NCBI GenBank assembly: GCA_963701385.1
Contig: CAVOZW010000027.1
Span: 407,705-471,704, forward strand
Direction: 5' to 3'
Source: an uncultured delta proteobacterium
GTDB lineage: Bacteria; Desulfobacterota; Desulfobacteria; Desulfobacterales; B30-G6
DNA length: 64,000 nucleotides
Shown: positions 49,347 to 59,110 of the stretch, one piece after another
Position numbering within the stretch: the first letter of the stretch is position 1
How the letters are laid out: the number at the start of each line of letters is the position of its first letter
Notes under the pieces: generated by a model
What the model was told of the DNA's origin: nothing
Databases searched by the model: none
The model's input: the letters and a program-made list of their open reading frames with translations, nothing else
Position numbers and translations under genes: made by a program

Positions 49347-49766
49347 TCAGGGCTGTGGTTTCAATAGCGCCTCGAGAATTATATCGCTGCCCTCAGCATC
49401 TTTTCCAGTCACCAGCGTATTGAGACCTTCTTCAAACCTTTGCGGGTTATGTTGTTGATCGATTTGCATGAGCTCTCGGACCTGACGGTTCAGGGAGACA
49501 AATTCGCGATAAATAATTTGATAGTCAGAGAAGAAGTGCCGCATGTATTCGATCAATTCACCATCGAGTTCGATGAGATCGTCCGTTGCAGTGTGCTCTG
49601 GAAGTCCCTTCAATTTAACGATATTCAGGTAAGCGGAATAGAACACCTTGTAGATATTATGGATCTTGATTTGGGCGGATTCAGGCAGATTCGTGATATT
49701 TCCCAGGTGATAATCAATAGCAGCTGGAATAATGGTTTCAATGGTTTCCATATCCATGTTGTTCAT
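49347..49766 (-). CDS. hypothetical protein (139 aa, helical, no family recognised)
   Basis: AAGGAAGG upstream of the ATG at 49766 (MNNMDMETIETII...). Confidence 0.45.
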   Translation of the reverse strand: MNNMDMETIETIIPAAIDYHLGNITNLPESAQIKIHNIYKVFYSAYLNIVKLKGLPEHTATDDLIELDGELIEYMRHFFSDYQIIYREFVSLNRQVRELMQIDQQHNPQRFEEGLNTLVTGKDAEGSDIILEALLKPQP

Positions 49767-49831
49767 CTTGCAGCCTTCCTTTTCGAGTGTCCCGCCAAAG
49801 TTTCCGCTTTTCGAGGATGACGAGCCATGGT

Positions 49832-50359
49832 TCATCGAAGATGTGTTTGAACGACGCCTTCGATCGCTGCCAGACACTCATCCAGAGAACCATAGACGTA
49901 ACCCGCCAATAACGCACCCTCTTCATAAACATCGACAGCAGGTGTATATGGCGGGTGGGCCAAGAGGACATTAATTATGATTGAATGGGATGAAAGCCGC
50001 GAAAACAATAGCACGCCATCATCCCTCGGTGTGGATTCCTGCACCGGAATTTCCAAACCCTGATTGGAATACATAAGCTGGTTGCGAACGCTAGACGGTA
50101 AGTAGACACCGCAAGCACTATCAGGGACATGGACACGATTGAAAATATGTTGAAACTGTTGCTTTTCTTGAGGGGAAAGATGTTGAAAGGTAATGATTTG
50201 CGCCGGCATCAGGTAAGAACGCATCGAATTTAGGAGATCACTCAGCAACGCGTGCCAGCCACCCAGCAGTTCATTTTGACCGACTCCCGTGCGATGGGAT
50301 ATGGTTTCTGCCACAGATGATTGGTTGTTTTTCCATTTTTCTGCCATTTGTAACTTCAT
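49832..50359 (-). CDS. hypothetical protein (175 aa, no family recognised)
   Basis: First ATG at 50359. It lies downstream of the aprB hairpin. No obvious SD. Confidence 0.4.
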   Translation of the reverse strand: MKLQMAEKWKNNQSSVAETISHRTGVGQNELLGGWHALLSDLLNSMRSYLMPAQIITFQHLSPQEKQQFQHIFNRVHVPDSACGVYLPSSVRNQLMYSNQGLEIPVQESTPRDDGVLLFSRLSSHSIIINVLLAHPPYTPAVDVYEEGALLAGYVYGSLDECLAAIEGVVQTHLR

Positions 50360-50456
50360 GTGCAACGGTTTTCAATTTAGCATGATTAGGGAACCGCAGG
50401 TACATAACGGTTCCCCTTATCAGACTTTTCAGGTTAGATCGATCTTTAGACCAGGC

Positions 50457-50897
50457 TTAACTGACCACTTCGCTGGGTCGCGGAATAGCATACCCATCGG
50501 CTTCCTCTGTGCTCAGCAAGTCGTTCTCTATATCCTGGCCTTTCAGGTCTTCATATGCGTTGGCCGCTCCTTCAGCAGTCGTGCGAATAGGGAACTTAAA
50601 GCGTTTGATGGTTCCGTTACGGAACTTACACGTCCACATCACATCCTCGGTTCCCAACATGGGCATGACACTGCTGCCGAGTGGCACAAAGTCAGAATAC
50701 CCTCTAACCTCGATGGCTTGCGTCGGGCAGATCTTGACACACGAAAAGCACTCCCAACATTGGTCCGGTTCCTGATTGTAGGCCTTCATTTTATTGGGTT
50801 CCAGGACCATCAAATCGTTGGGGCATATGTACATGCACGCGGTCTTGTCGCCGCCTTTACAGCCATCACACTTTTCTGAAATGACGAAACTTGGCAT
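50457..50897 (-). CDS. aprB: adenylylsulfate (APS) reductase beta subunit
   Basis: MPSFVISEKCDGCKGGDKTACMYICPNDLM...CWECFSCVKICP...MWTCKFRNGTIKRFKFPIRTT. Two ferredoxin-type cluster motifs and an AprB-specific tail. Confidence 0.9.
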   Translation of the reverse strand: MPSFVISEKCDGCKGGDKTACMYICPNDLMVLEPNKMKAYNQEPDQCWECFSCVKICPTQAIEVRGYSDFVPLGSSVMPMLGTEDVMWTCKFRNGTIKRFKFPIRTTAEGAANAYEDLKGQDIENDLLSTEEADGYAIPRPSEVVS

Positions 50898-51215
50898 TTA
50901 ATATCTCCAAATTTGGGTTACGTAATAGGCGCCTGTCAGATGTATAGGAAGGCCACCATATTCTGAATGGCACCACAAGTGATGCCGAACAGCATCAGGT
51001 ACATCATATGTATCACCTTGTGGCATGTCAAATCGAATGGATCGAAAAGATAACGGTCAGATAGAATTCAGTATGTCCCACCATTTTTTGAAATATTTGG
51101 GGCCAAATTGCGTTCCAATGCTCACTCCGGACTTTTTGGTCATATGGTTTAATCTCCAGTCTTCCCCGGGGGCTTCCTAATATGCATTTTTTTCGGCATG
51201 TGAAGGGTATCAGCG

Positions 51216-51524
51216 GTGTTACAGCAGAAGCGAAGTTTGGATCGAGGTATTTATAAATATTGGAAAAAAGCCTGTTGTGAGCTCAATGTGGAAGGAGTAG
51301 ATCTTTATGGCGGCACACGCCATTCTACTGTGACGGCACTAAGTGAGCATTTTACACCGGAGGAAGTCAAAGGTGCAACAGGACATACATCGAAAGCTTT
51401 TGAACGATATTTTCAGAATAGACAAGCCAGAGCAAAGAAGGTTACAGCAAAAATCAAGACTCTCAAGTCTAATCAACATCTCAACAACATTGTTGACCTA
51501 CCTAAAAAGGCAAAAGCCATTTAA
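51216..51524 (+). pseudogene. tyrosine recombinase (phage integrase) C-terminal catalytic remnant
   Basis: LYGGTRHSTVTAL and ATGHTSKAFERYF (HxxR...Y). An upstream segment ...PNMHFFRHVKGISGVTAEAKFGSRYL is in another frame (shift near 51245). The N-terminal domains are not recognisable. Confidence 0.8.
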
Positions 51525-51539
51525 TTTTATATAGTTAAA

Positions 51540-51891
51540 TGGTGGAGGCGGCGGGAGTCGAACCCGCGTCCGAAAATAATCCACCGTGGCATCTACATGC
51601 TTGTCTCGATATTTGGTGTTCGCCGTTTCAAGTCTCCATCGAGCGGGATGCTTAAAAGACTATCCTGTTAAAATTTCGCCAGTCTGGTAACAGGATTAAC
51701 AGTCCGGCTATCCTGCAAGTCGACGCCCTATCCGGATTAGCAGGAATGGTCCGGTAGAACGCTAGCCTTAAGCGGCTAGAGCGTAGTTATAATCGTCTGC
51801 GATTACATTAAGTTCCGTCGTTTTTACGAGCTGACAGATGCTCGGCATGCAACCAGAGTTTCTTTATCCCCGTCGAAGCCGTTTCGCCCCC
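51540..51891 (-). ncRNA. ssrA: tmRNA
   Basis: 5' GGGGGCGAAACGGCUUCGACGGGG, 3' ...GGUUCGACUCCCGCCGCCUCCACCA with a G3-U pair. Tag reading frame GCA GAC GAU UAU AAC UAC GCU CUA GCC GCU UAA = ADDYNYALAA. Confidence 0.9.
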
Positions 51892-52051
51892 AATACTCTC
51901 AAAGAACAATAAAATTGCTGCGCAATTTTATGAAACGCGGCTGACGCCGCTCATTTACCTATGGAAAGGTCAGACTCAAGGTAATCAGGATTGGGGTGAT
52001 TGTCAAACAGGAATAGAATCACCTGAAAATAAGGCGAAACCCCCTCGAAGC

Positions 52052-52660
52052 CTATTTTTTATTCTTGATCAGAAGACCGGTCAGATAGGTGCCGCCGATG
52101 GCCAGGCATTCCATGTCGATGTGTTTTTCCGCGGACTGCCGGAAAAGAATCGATGACTGGGCCGGAAAAAGGTCATCCCGGTCGTTGAAACGCAAAAACA
52201 CCGCTATGCGCGGCAGCATCTGGAACATGACGGCCACATCGAAGGCAGGCGCTTCCACAAAACTGCCCCCCATGCGCCGGCAGGCGGATTTCAGTAGATT
52301 GGTTCTGCCGGCAAAGGTGGTTTCGATGATCTTGTTGGTGTTGGTGGTAAAATAGCCCGTCAGCGGCCCGGCATCCTTGAATTCACGATAGGTCACCCAC
52401 TCGCCGGGCTCGGGCTCCTTTTCCGGGCACTGCAGCACATAGCAGCACAGCAGAACGCTGACCGCAAAGGTGGCCCTTTGGCTCGAGGCCTTCAGAACCC
52501 CTGCTTTGGACACCCTGTGCGGTTCCCCGTAAAATGGAATTTCCAGGGCCCCGTCAATCACCTTAGCCCCCAGGATAGCGGCTCGGGAAATGAGATCGAT
52601 GTCGGCTATCTGTTGCAGGTAATTGTGGTAGGTAACTTCGAAAACTTCCGCTTTTTTCAT
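52052..52660 (-). CDS. DUF3786 domain protein
   Basis: 202 aa with a family-like N-terminus (YHNYLQQI...IPFYGEPHRVS). Confidence 0.75.
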   Translation of the reverse strand: MKKAEVFEVTYHNYLQQIADIDLISRAAILGAKVIDGALEIPFYGEPHRVSKAGVLKASSQRATFAVSVLLCCYVLQCPEKEPEPGEWVTYREFKDAGPLTGYFTTNTNKIIETTFAGRTNLLKSACRRMGGSFVEAPAFDVAVMFQMLPRIAVFLRFNDRDDLFPAQSSILFRQSAEKHIDMECLAIGGTYLTGLLIKNKK

Positions 52661-52685
52661 TCCGGCCTCTGCATGCAGGGAGCTT

Positions 52686-53333
52686 TTATTGTACGATGAC
52701 GATTCCGGCCAGCGTTCCCTTGGGTATCACCTGGGGCTTGGCGCCGCTGCCGATGGGATAAATATCCCAGCCGGCCTGGGCCACCATCCGGTAGACGTCG
52801 ATACCCACCGCCTCCATGGACGGACGGGCGATCAGCGAGAACCGGCATTTCCTGCCTTCCATGGCCTGGCAGGTGTCCATCTTTCCACAGAAGGTGTGGC
52901 GACAGGAACCTGCCGCAAATCCAAACGCCAGATAATGGCCGTCATAAAAGGCCTTGGATTCGATCTCACTGACCATTTTGTATACTTTCTGATACGCCTC
53001 TACCCGTTCTTCGATGGTGTTCCTGTCACGGACGATCACTTCCGAAGGCACGTCCATGGTGAAAAACACGGCCCAGTGGTAGCTTTTTAAAATTTCCCGC
53101 AGTTCGTCCGGCGCCAGCGTATTGGGCGGGCAATGCGCCCCGGTACCGTATCCGAAACAGCGCGGGACCTGGCACTTGAGGGTGATCCGCCTGTCCACGG
53201 GGATGTCCCCGGCCGAAACGATGGTGGCACGGGTGGCCCCGAGCGCTAGCACGTTTTCACAATACCTGTCCAGGTTTTCCTGGAGAGCTCCTTCATTTCG
53301 ATCTACAGTGATTTTACCGATCTGCTTTTCCAA
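52686..53333 (-). CDS. DUF2284 metal-binding protein
   Basis: Cys-rich motifs (CQVPRCFGYGTGAHCPP, GSCRHTFC). Usual partner of DUF3786. Confidence 0.75.
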   Translation of the reverse strand: MEKQIGKITVDRNEGALQENLDRYCENVLALGATRATIVSAGDIPVDRRITLKCQVPRCFGYGTGAHCPPNTLAPDELREILKSYHWAVFFTMDVPSEVIVRDRNTIEERVEAYQKVYKMVSEIESKAFYDGHYLAFGFAAGSCRHTFCGKMDTCQAMEGRKCRFSLIARPSMEAVGIDVYRMVAQAGWDIYPIGSGAKPQVIPKGTLAGIVIVQ

Positions 53334-53663
53334 TCCGCCCCCCTATTCTTCAGAATCACACACGCCTTAAACATACAGGCATTCTGTCTTTCAAAACCGT
53401 CCAAAAGGCATCTCAAAAAGAGGATTTTGGGTCAAGGTCAAGGCGGGCAAACATTTCAACCCGCAGGAATACAATCGTATTTCGAGGCGTTGAAGCGCGA
53501 GCCCAACACAGATATTGATCCAAAAGACCTTTTTGAGATGCTTTTTAACAGGCGATGTCCATCTTAAACGTCTTCATCAGAATACCTAGCTGTATCACAG
53601 TCAGGTCAATTTTGCGAACATTCACTATTGAGATTTACAGCAAGTAAGTTTATAGTTACCGCC

Positions 53664-53915
53664 ATGAATGATAAGCGAAAAATTGAAAGAACCGTCTGCA
53701 ATAGGCAGGTCTCGTTTTGCATCGATGGAAACGATTATAAGGGCACCATCGAAAACATCAGCAACGTCGGAACGCTTATCCTGACGGACACCCCAACACC
53801 TATTCAACTGGGCAGGGAAATATCCATCACCATTACGAGCGCTGATCAAGGAGAGATGAAAAAAGCCAGGGTCGTATGGGCGGATGATGGGGCGTTTGGA
53901 GCTGAATTCCTCTAG
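53664..53915 (+). CDS. PilZ domain protein
   Basis: ATG at 53664. KRKIERT...GTIENISNVG (RxxxR...D/NxSxxG pattern). Confidence 0.75.
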   Translation: MNDKRKIERTVCNRQVSFCIDGNDYKGTIENISNVGTLILTDTPTPIQLGREISITITSADQGEMKKARVVWADDGAFGAEFL

Positions 53916-53986
53916 AAGTGGTTTCAAAATTCCATCTAACACCCAACCATGGAAAAAGAAAAAATCAATAAAATCGTTGGACGATT

Positions 53987-54595
53987 TTATTGGGACAGGA
54001 GATTCTCCAGCGCTGCCGGGGTGTGCACCATATGGTCGGGTAAGCCCTCGCTGAGTTTTTCAGTGGTGTGCCAGCCCCATGTCACGGCGATGGTGACGGC
54101 GCCCGCTTTTCTCCCCTCGATCATGTCACCCTTGGTGTCGCCCACATAAAAAGCCGGCAGATCCCGATAACGGGACATGGTCTGTTGGATTTTTTTAATC
54201 TTGCTTCTTTCGATCTCCGCACCGATCACCTCATTGAAGCAGTCGATGTTTTCCTTTTTCAAAATCTGTTTGACCATACTGGTCGCATTGGAAGTGATGA
54301 CGGTAAGCACGTTATGGCGTGACAAGGCCTTCAGGGAGGCATGTATCCCGCGGAAAGGCTTCACCCTGGCGATATGCTTTTGCAGTTCGCTGTCGAATGC
54401 ATCACCCAGAATTTCTTCGATCTTGCCGCTGGAAAGCCCCAGTTGCGCCAAGGCCTCGAAGAAATTGCCATCGAACAGCCTGATGACCTGTTCATGGGTG
54501 TTAATGCCAACATATCCGCACGCATGGCATGCTGCCAGGAATGTTGTTGCAAAGACATCCTGGGAATCGACAATCACGCCGTCATAATCGAACAT
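53987..54595 (-). CDS. HAD family hydrolase (phosphoglycolate phosphatase-like)
   Basis: MFDYDGVIVDS (DxD), VITSN and GDTKGDMIEG motifs. Confidence 0.85.
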   Translation of the reverse strand: MFDYDGVIVDSQDVFATTFLAACHACGYVGINTHEQVIRLFDGNFFEALAQLGLSSGKIEEILGDAFDSELQKHIARVKPFRGIHASLKALSRHNVLTVITSNATSMVKQILKKENIDCFNEVIGAEIERSKIKKIQQTMSRYRDLPAFYVGDTKGDMIEGRKAGAVTIAVTWGWHTTEKLSEGLPDHMVHTPAALENLLSQ

Positions 54596-55343
54596 GATCA
54601 GTTTTTTTTTGATATGGCCCCCTTTTTCACCTATAATCGTATGCTTTATATGGTGTCGAATTTATCAAAATAACAGCCAAACGACATTTTCCTTGCCAAA
54701 CCCGAAATCGTGCTATATCTTATGTTCTGACGTGCTCCACCTGTCGTAATCCAAGGAAACAAGAATCCAGCCTGGGACATCGTTCCACAATTCACTTTTC
54801 CTGCGTTATTGCATTACAGTCACGTTACACCTGCATCCAAGTGATGTTGCTAAAAAATAATGAATTGAATCCGCCGGCATACAGTGTGCCGTCGGCGATT
54901 GAAAAAAAATAAAGCCGCTGAGTATGTTCGGCCAAAAAAAAAGAAGCGCTATGGAAAACCATAAGATCAAATTGTATGAAAATCAGTTAAAACGGCTGTT
55001 TAGAGCAGCCGAGCAAGACGAAACAGAGACATCAAAACCGGTGCCTGTTCACCGAGAAAAAATCCGCGTCATCCGCAGAAGAAAAGGCGGTCCCGACCAG
55101 TATATTACCGAAAGTTCGCGCCAGTACGCCCTGGCAACAGCAGATGCGGGATAACCCCGACTTTTCAGCCACCTAGCACAAAAGGTTGAACCGCAACAGC
55201 GAGCGCATTCCCCGGTTCGTCCGGCCTGAAGACTTGTCCGGGGTCATTTGCTCGTTAGTGCCCATCCCACATATGGTCTTTTTCCGCGATATTGGCGTTG
55301 GACGCCATAATCTCACGCAATAATCTTCATTTCTGGACGGACA

Positions 55344-56420
55344 CTAGTTATCCTTTCGAACCACCTCGATCTGCCCGATATCCATAATGATGAAACGGGA
55401 AGGATCCAGGCTCTGCCGTGTAATCGTTTTTTTAAGATCCAACACCGGGTATCCCGGTGGGTTGTCGCCCAACTGAAACGCACCCCACTGGGTTGGGATG
55501 AAATATCTGGCACCCAGTTCCTGGAAGGCCTGAACGGATTCTGGCGCGTTCATATGGGCATAGTGCATGAACCAGCGTGGGTGATAAGCTGTCAATGGCA
55601 TAAGGGCATAGTCGATTCCTGGAAATTGCTTCCCGATTTCCCGATATCCAACGAAAAACCCGCTGTCCCCGCCATAATATATGGTCGCACCCGGCGTCAT
55701 CAGCAGATAACTCGCCCAGAGAGAAGTATTGAAATCCTGTCCGATCCGCCTTGACCAATGCTGTGCCGGTAGCGAAACGAGTTGGTTGCCGCCCCCAAGG
55801 TCGATGCGTTCCCACCAGTCCACTTCCTGAATTTCTCCGCCAAAGAAAGCCTGCACGGTGTCCTTCAGCCCCGGTGGCACAAAAACACGGGCGTGGTCCG
55901 GTAGCGATGCGATGGTGTCCTTGTCCAGATGATCGTAGTGATTGTGCGATATGAGGACGTACAGGGGACCCGATATTTGTTTTAGCGCCTCCTTCGTCAA
56001 AGCCGGCGGGGTGACTCTTTTTGGGAGCAAGGCCCGTTTTGATAGCATCGGATCGGTAAGCCAGGTGACGCCTGCGGTCCGAATCAAAAAGGTGGCGTGC
56101 CCAACCCAGGCGATGGTGTCCTTGCCTTCGTATGCCTGAAGACGTTCGGACAGATCGGTGCGAACCGCGGGTAAAAACGTGCGCTCTTGATCGGTATAGG
56201 CGGCTTTTTTGGAGAAGCGCCATTTCAGGAACAACCGAAACCGGTCTGTCTCCATGGGGCTCCAGGGATTGAAATAGGCACCGTCTCTGATATGCGGACT
56301 GTACAGCAGTTGGGTGCGCTGGCCCGCCACTTCCCGCTGCCAGGCATCCTCATCAAATGACGGAGGCGTTGCTATACAGGACGCCAGGATCAGGGCCAGA
56401 CAGACCCAGATCAGGATCAA
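55344..56420 (-). CDS. MBL-fold metallo-hydrolase (NAPE-PLD-like), probable lipoprotein
   Basis: ISHNHYDHLD metal motif. TTG start with ...LILASC lipobox. The exact start is uncertain. Confidence 0.85.
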   Translation of the reverse strand: MILIWVCLALILASCIATPPSFDEDAWQREVAGQRTQLLYSPHIRDGAYFNPWSPMETDRFRLFLKWRFSKKAAYTDQERTFLPAVRTDLSERLQAYEGKDTIAWVGHATFLIRTAGVTWLTDPMLSKRALLPKRVTPPALTKEALKQISGPLYVLISHNHYDHLDKDTIASLPDHARVFVPPGLKDTVQAFFGGEIQEVDWWERIDLGGGNQLVSLPAQHWSRRIGQDFNTSLWASYLLMTPGATIYYGGDSGFFVGYREIGKQFPGIDYALMPLTAYHPRWFMHYAHMNAPESVQAFQELGARYFIPTQWGAFQLGDNPPGYPVLDLKKTITRQSLDPSRFIIMDIGQIEVVRKDN

Positions 56421-56793
56421 GACAACGCTGCTGGATATTTTATGATTGAAGAAAGCACTCCCTCCTTTTCAAAGCTCTTTTACAAAAAAAGCGCTATTTC
56501 CTCTGATTGCCCGATGATTTACCCTAAGAATATGTTGTCCGCAAAGGCAGTTTGTCAAGGATGTATGGCATTTCAATAAATAGGTCTGTTTCATGCTTTG
56601 TTGCCTGCGGTCGCGCATGAAAACGAATCAGAGCAACGAACACGATGAAATGGATAAAATCGTTTAACGTTTTTATTTGACAAATCGATCTGTTTTTTCC
56701 ACCATGTCGCCGAGCTCGAGGCTCCCGGCGGGCAAGGCCCGGGAAATGCGCGCGTAATTTCGTTTCATGAGACATTCGGGTATGGGCGTTACC

Positions 56794-57261
56794 ATGGATA
56801 GAACCGACCTTCAAACGTTTATCGATGACCACCACATTCAGGCCACCATAATGCCCTTGAGCGAGCACACCCTCACGGTGGGGGACGCTGCCAGGGCACT
56901 AGCGGTGAACACCGATCAGATTATCAAGTCCCTGGTCTTCCATATCGATGGCAAGCCCCTGCTGGTGATCAACAACGGTCTGGCGCGGGTAGACCGCAGG
57001 AAACTGGCCGTTCATCTGGGCGTGGGTAGGAAGAAAGTCAAATTTGCCAGTCCGGACAACGCCTTTGCCCTGACGGGTTTTGTCGTGGGGAGTATGCCGC
57101 CCTTTGGCCACAAGCAGAAATTGCGGACCCTCGTGGACACGGCCGTAACAGAAATGGATATCATCTACGGCGGCGGTGGGGATATCGATGCCATGATGCG
57201 CCTGACGTCGGAAGAACTCCTGAAGGTCAGCCAGGCAGAAGTGGTCGCTTTTTCTGAATAA
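56794..57261 (+). CDS. YbaK/aminoacyl-tRNA editing domain protein
   Basis: ATG at 56794. IKSLVF...GK.LLV and GSMPPFG motifs. Confidence 0.8.
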   Translation: MDRTDLQTFIDDHHIQATIMPLSEHTLTVGDAARALAVNTDQIIKSLVFHIDGKPLLVINNGLARVDRRKLAVHLGVGRKKVKFASPDNAFALTGFVVGSMPPFGHKQKLRTLVDTAVTEMDIIYGGGGDIDAMMRLTSEELLKVSQAEVVAFSE

Positions 57262-57336
57262 GCAAGCATGCGGTTTGTGGAAGAAAAAAACGCTCCCTCC
57301 ATTGGAAAACACGATCCTGTCACCGGCAAGAATCGT

Positions 57337-58356
57337 TCAAGACGAATGCACCCCTTCGGTCAAGTTCAGCGCGTAATGTGCTGCCCCGATCAGGGCGGCC
57401 CTGTCATTGAGAACGACCTGCACAGGAATCTTTTCAAGCAGCGATTGAAATCGACCTTTGTTTGCGAAAGCGCGCATGAAGGAACCGTCCTTGAGCTTGG
57501 ACAGTATTTTAGGCGGAATACCACCTCCCAAATAGACACCGCCTGCGGCCATGCCCGTTAAGGCCACGTTGCCCGCAACTGCGCCGAAAATGGAGACAAA
57601 CCGGTCCAAGGCTTTAACGCACCCGCTGTCTTTATTCGTGAGGGCCGTTTCGGATATGACCCTGGCCGGGTCCATCTTTGCAAACATTTCTTTGAGCCAG
57701 TCCGGTGTGTCCCTTTTTTCCGATGCCACCAGCCATTCGTAGATGTTGACGAGACCCGTTCCTGAAAGGACTCTTTCAATGCTGACATGGCCAAATGTTC
57801 GGTGTAGATATCGCCAAAGATCCAGTTCCACTTCTGAATTTGGGGCAAAATCCGCGTGGCCGCCCTCCGACGAAATCGGTTCATAGACACCGTTTTGACA
57901 AGAAACCAGGGCCAGACCCAACCCGGTACCGGGGGCAATCAAAGCAAGGTTTTGTCCTTTCTCTGCCGCCCCATGATTCAAGGGGCTAAAATTTTCTTGC
58001 GGCAGCAGTGTGATGGCCATTGCCGTGGCAGCCACGTCGTTGACCAGCCGGACTCGTTTTAAACCAAATGCCGTTTTGATCAATTCTTCCGAGACATCCC
58101 AGGGCAGATTGGTGGTTTTGGCGACACCATTGACCACGGGTCCCGCAACACCAAAGCATGCCTGGGCAACTGGCCTGGGATGCCTTTTATAGAATTGTCG
58201 CAGCATGTGCGGCAGGTCCGGTTCCCTTGCACTGGAAAACACCTCGAAGGCTTCCGGAATCAACGGGCCTTTGGTCTTGCTGAAGAGACCCAGATTCGTT
58301 TTGGTTCCGCCGATATCTCCAGCCAATACAAACGTGTTGTCGTTGGATTCAGCCAT
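57337..58356 (-). CDS. glk: glucokinase
   Basis: LAGDIGGTKTNLGLF ATP motif and family-wide similarity. 8-nt overlap with pgl. Confidence 0.9.
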   Translation of the reverse strand: MAESNDNTFVLAGDIGGTKTNLGLFSKTKGPLIPEAFEVFSSAREPDLPHMLRQFYKRHPRPVAQACFGVAGPVVNGVAKTTNLPWDVSEELIKTAFGLKRVRLVNDVAATAMAITLLPQENFSPLNHGAAEKGQNLALIAPGTGLGLALVSCQNGVYEPISSEGGHADFAPNSEVELDLWRYLHRTFGHVSIERVLSGTGLVNIYEWLVASEKRDTPDWLKEMFAKMDPARVISETALTNKDSGCVKALDRFVSIFGAVAGNVALTGMAAGGVYLGGGIPPKILSKLKDGSFMRAFANKGRFQSLLEKIPVQVVLNDRAALIGAAHYALNLTEGVHSS

Positions 58357-59104
58357 GTTTAAAAGCCTCCGGCAGCAATGAAGCTGCTTCGCGATCCAGC
58401 AACCAGGTCAACTTGCCGTCTGAAGGCCTTATTGCCTGGGCCGGGTATTGAATCGTCGGGTCTGTCAGAACCGATTGGAGCACCTCTGATTTCTCCCTTC
58501 CAGACACCAGGAACACAACGTGACGCGCCCTGTTCAGCAGCGGCAGCGTCATGCTGATACGGTCTTCGTATGGGTCTCCGCCTCTGGTCGCCACCACCAG
58601 TTGCTCTTTTTCTGCCAGCACCGAACTTCCCGGGAAAAGAGAGGCAGTATGACCATCCGTGCCCAGACCGAGAAAAATCAAATCAAAGCGGGGAAACGAT
58701 CTGTCTGTAAGGGCAAAAAACGCCCTCAACCGATCTTGGTATATGCCTGCAACCACAGACGGGGATGTTTCACAGCTTATGAAATGTATCTGGTTGCGGG
58801 ACACGGGCAATTCATCCACAAAGTCCCTTTTGGCTGCACCATAATTGCTGGCCGGGTTTTCTTGGGGAACACAGCGTTCATCCACCCAGAAAATATGGGT
58901 CCTGGACCACGGTATGCGTGCCCGCCAAGGATCTTCGATCAGCAGCCGATGCATGCCCCTGGGCGTGGATCCACCGGACAAGGCGACGGAAAATATGCCG
59001 CGCTGTCTGACCGATTGCAGGGCATCGCTGACAAAGGTCTCGGCCGCCATTTCCGCCAGCCCATTCTGGTTTTCGCTGATGCAAATAGCCTGGTCGCAGT
59101 TCAT
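58349..59104 (-). CDS. pgl: 6-phosphogluconolactonase
   Basis: LSGGSTP, WVDER and LGLGTDGHTASLFP motifs. Confidence 0.9.
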   Translation of the reverse strand: MNCDQAICISENQNGLAEMAAETFVSDALQSVRQRGIFSVALSGGSTPRGMHRLLIEDPWRARIPWSRTHIFWVDERCVPQENPASNYGAAKRDFVDELPVSRNQIHFISCETSPSVVAGIYQDRLRAFFALTDRSFPRFDLIFLGLGTDGHTASLFPGSSVLAEKEQLVVATRGGDPYEDRISMTLPLLNRARHVVFLVSGREKSEVLQSVLTDPTIQYPAQAIRPSDGKLTWLLDREAASLLPEAFKHG

Positions 59105-59110
59105 TGACGA

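Larger units (their letters stand above)
41470..51564. mobile_element. about 10.1-kb genomic island integrated at the 3' end of ssrA
   Basis: Bounded by the 28-nt direct repeats. A tyrosine-recombinase remnant abuts ssrA. A transposase fragment and truncated genes lie inside. Confidence 0.75.
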
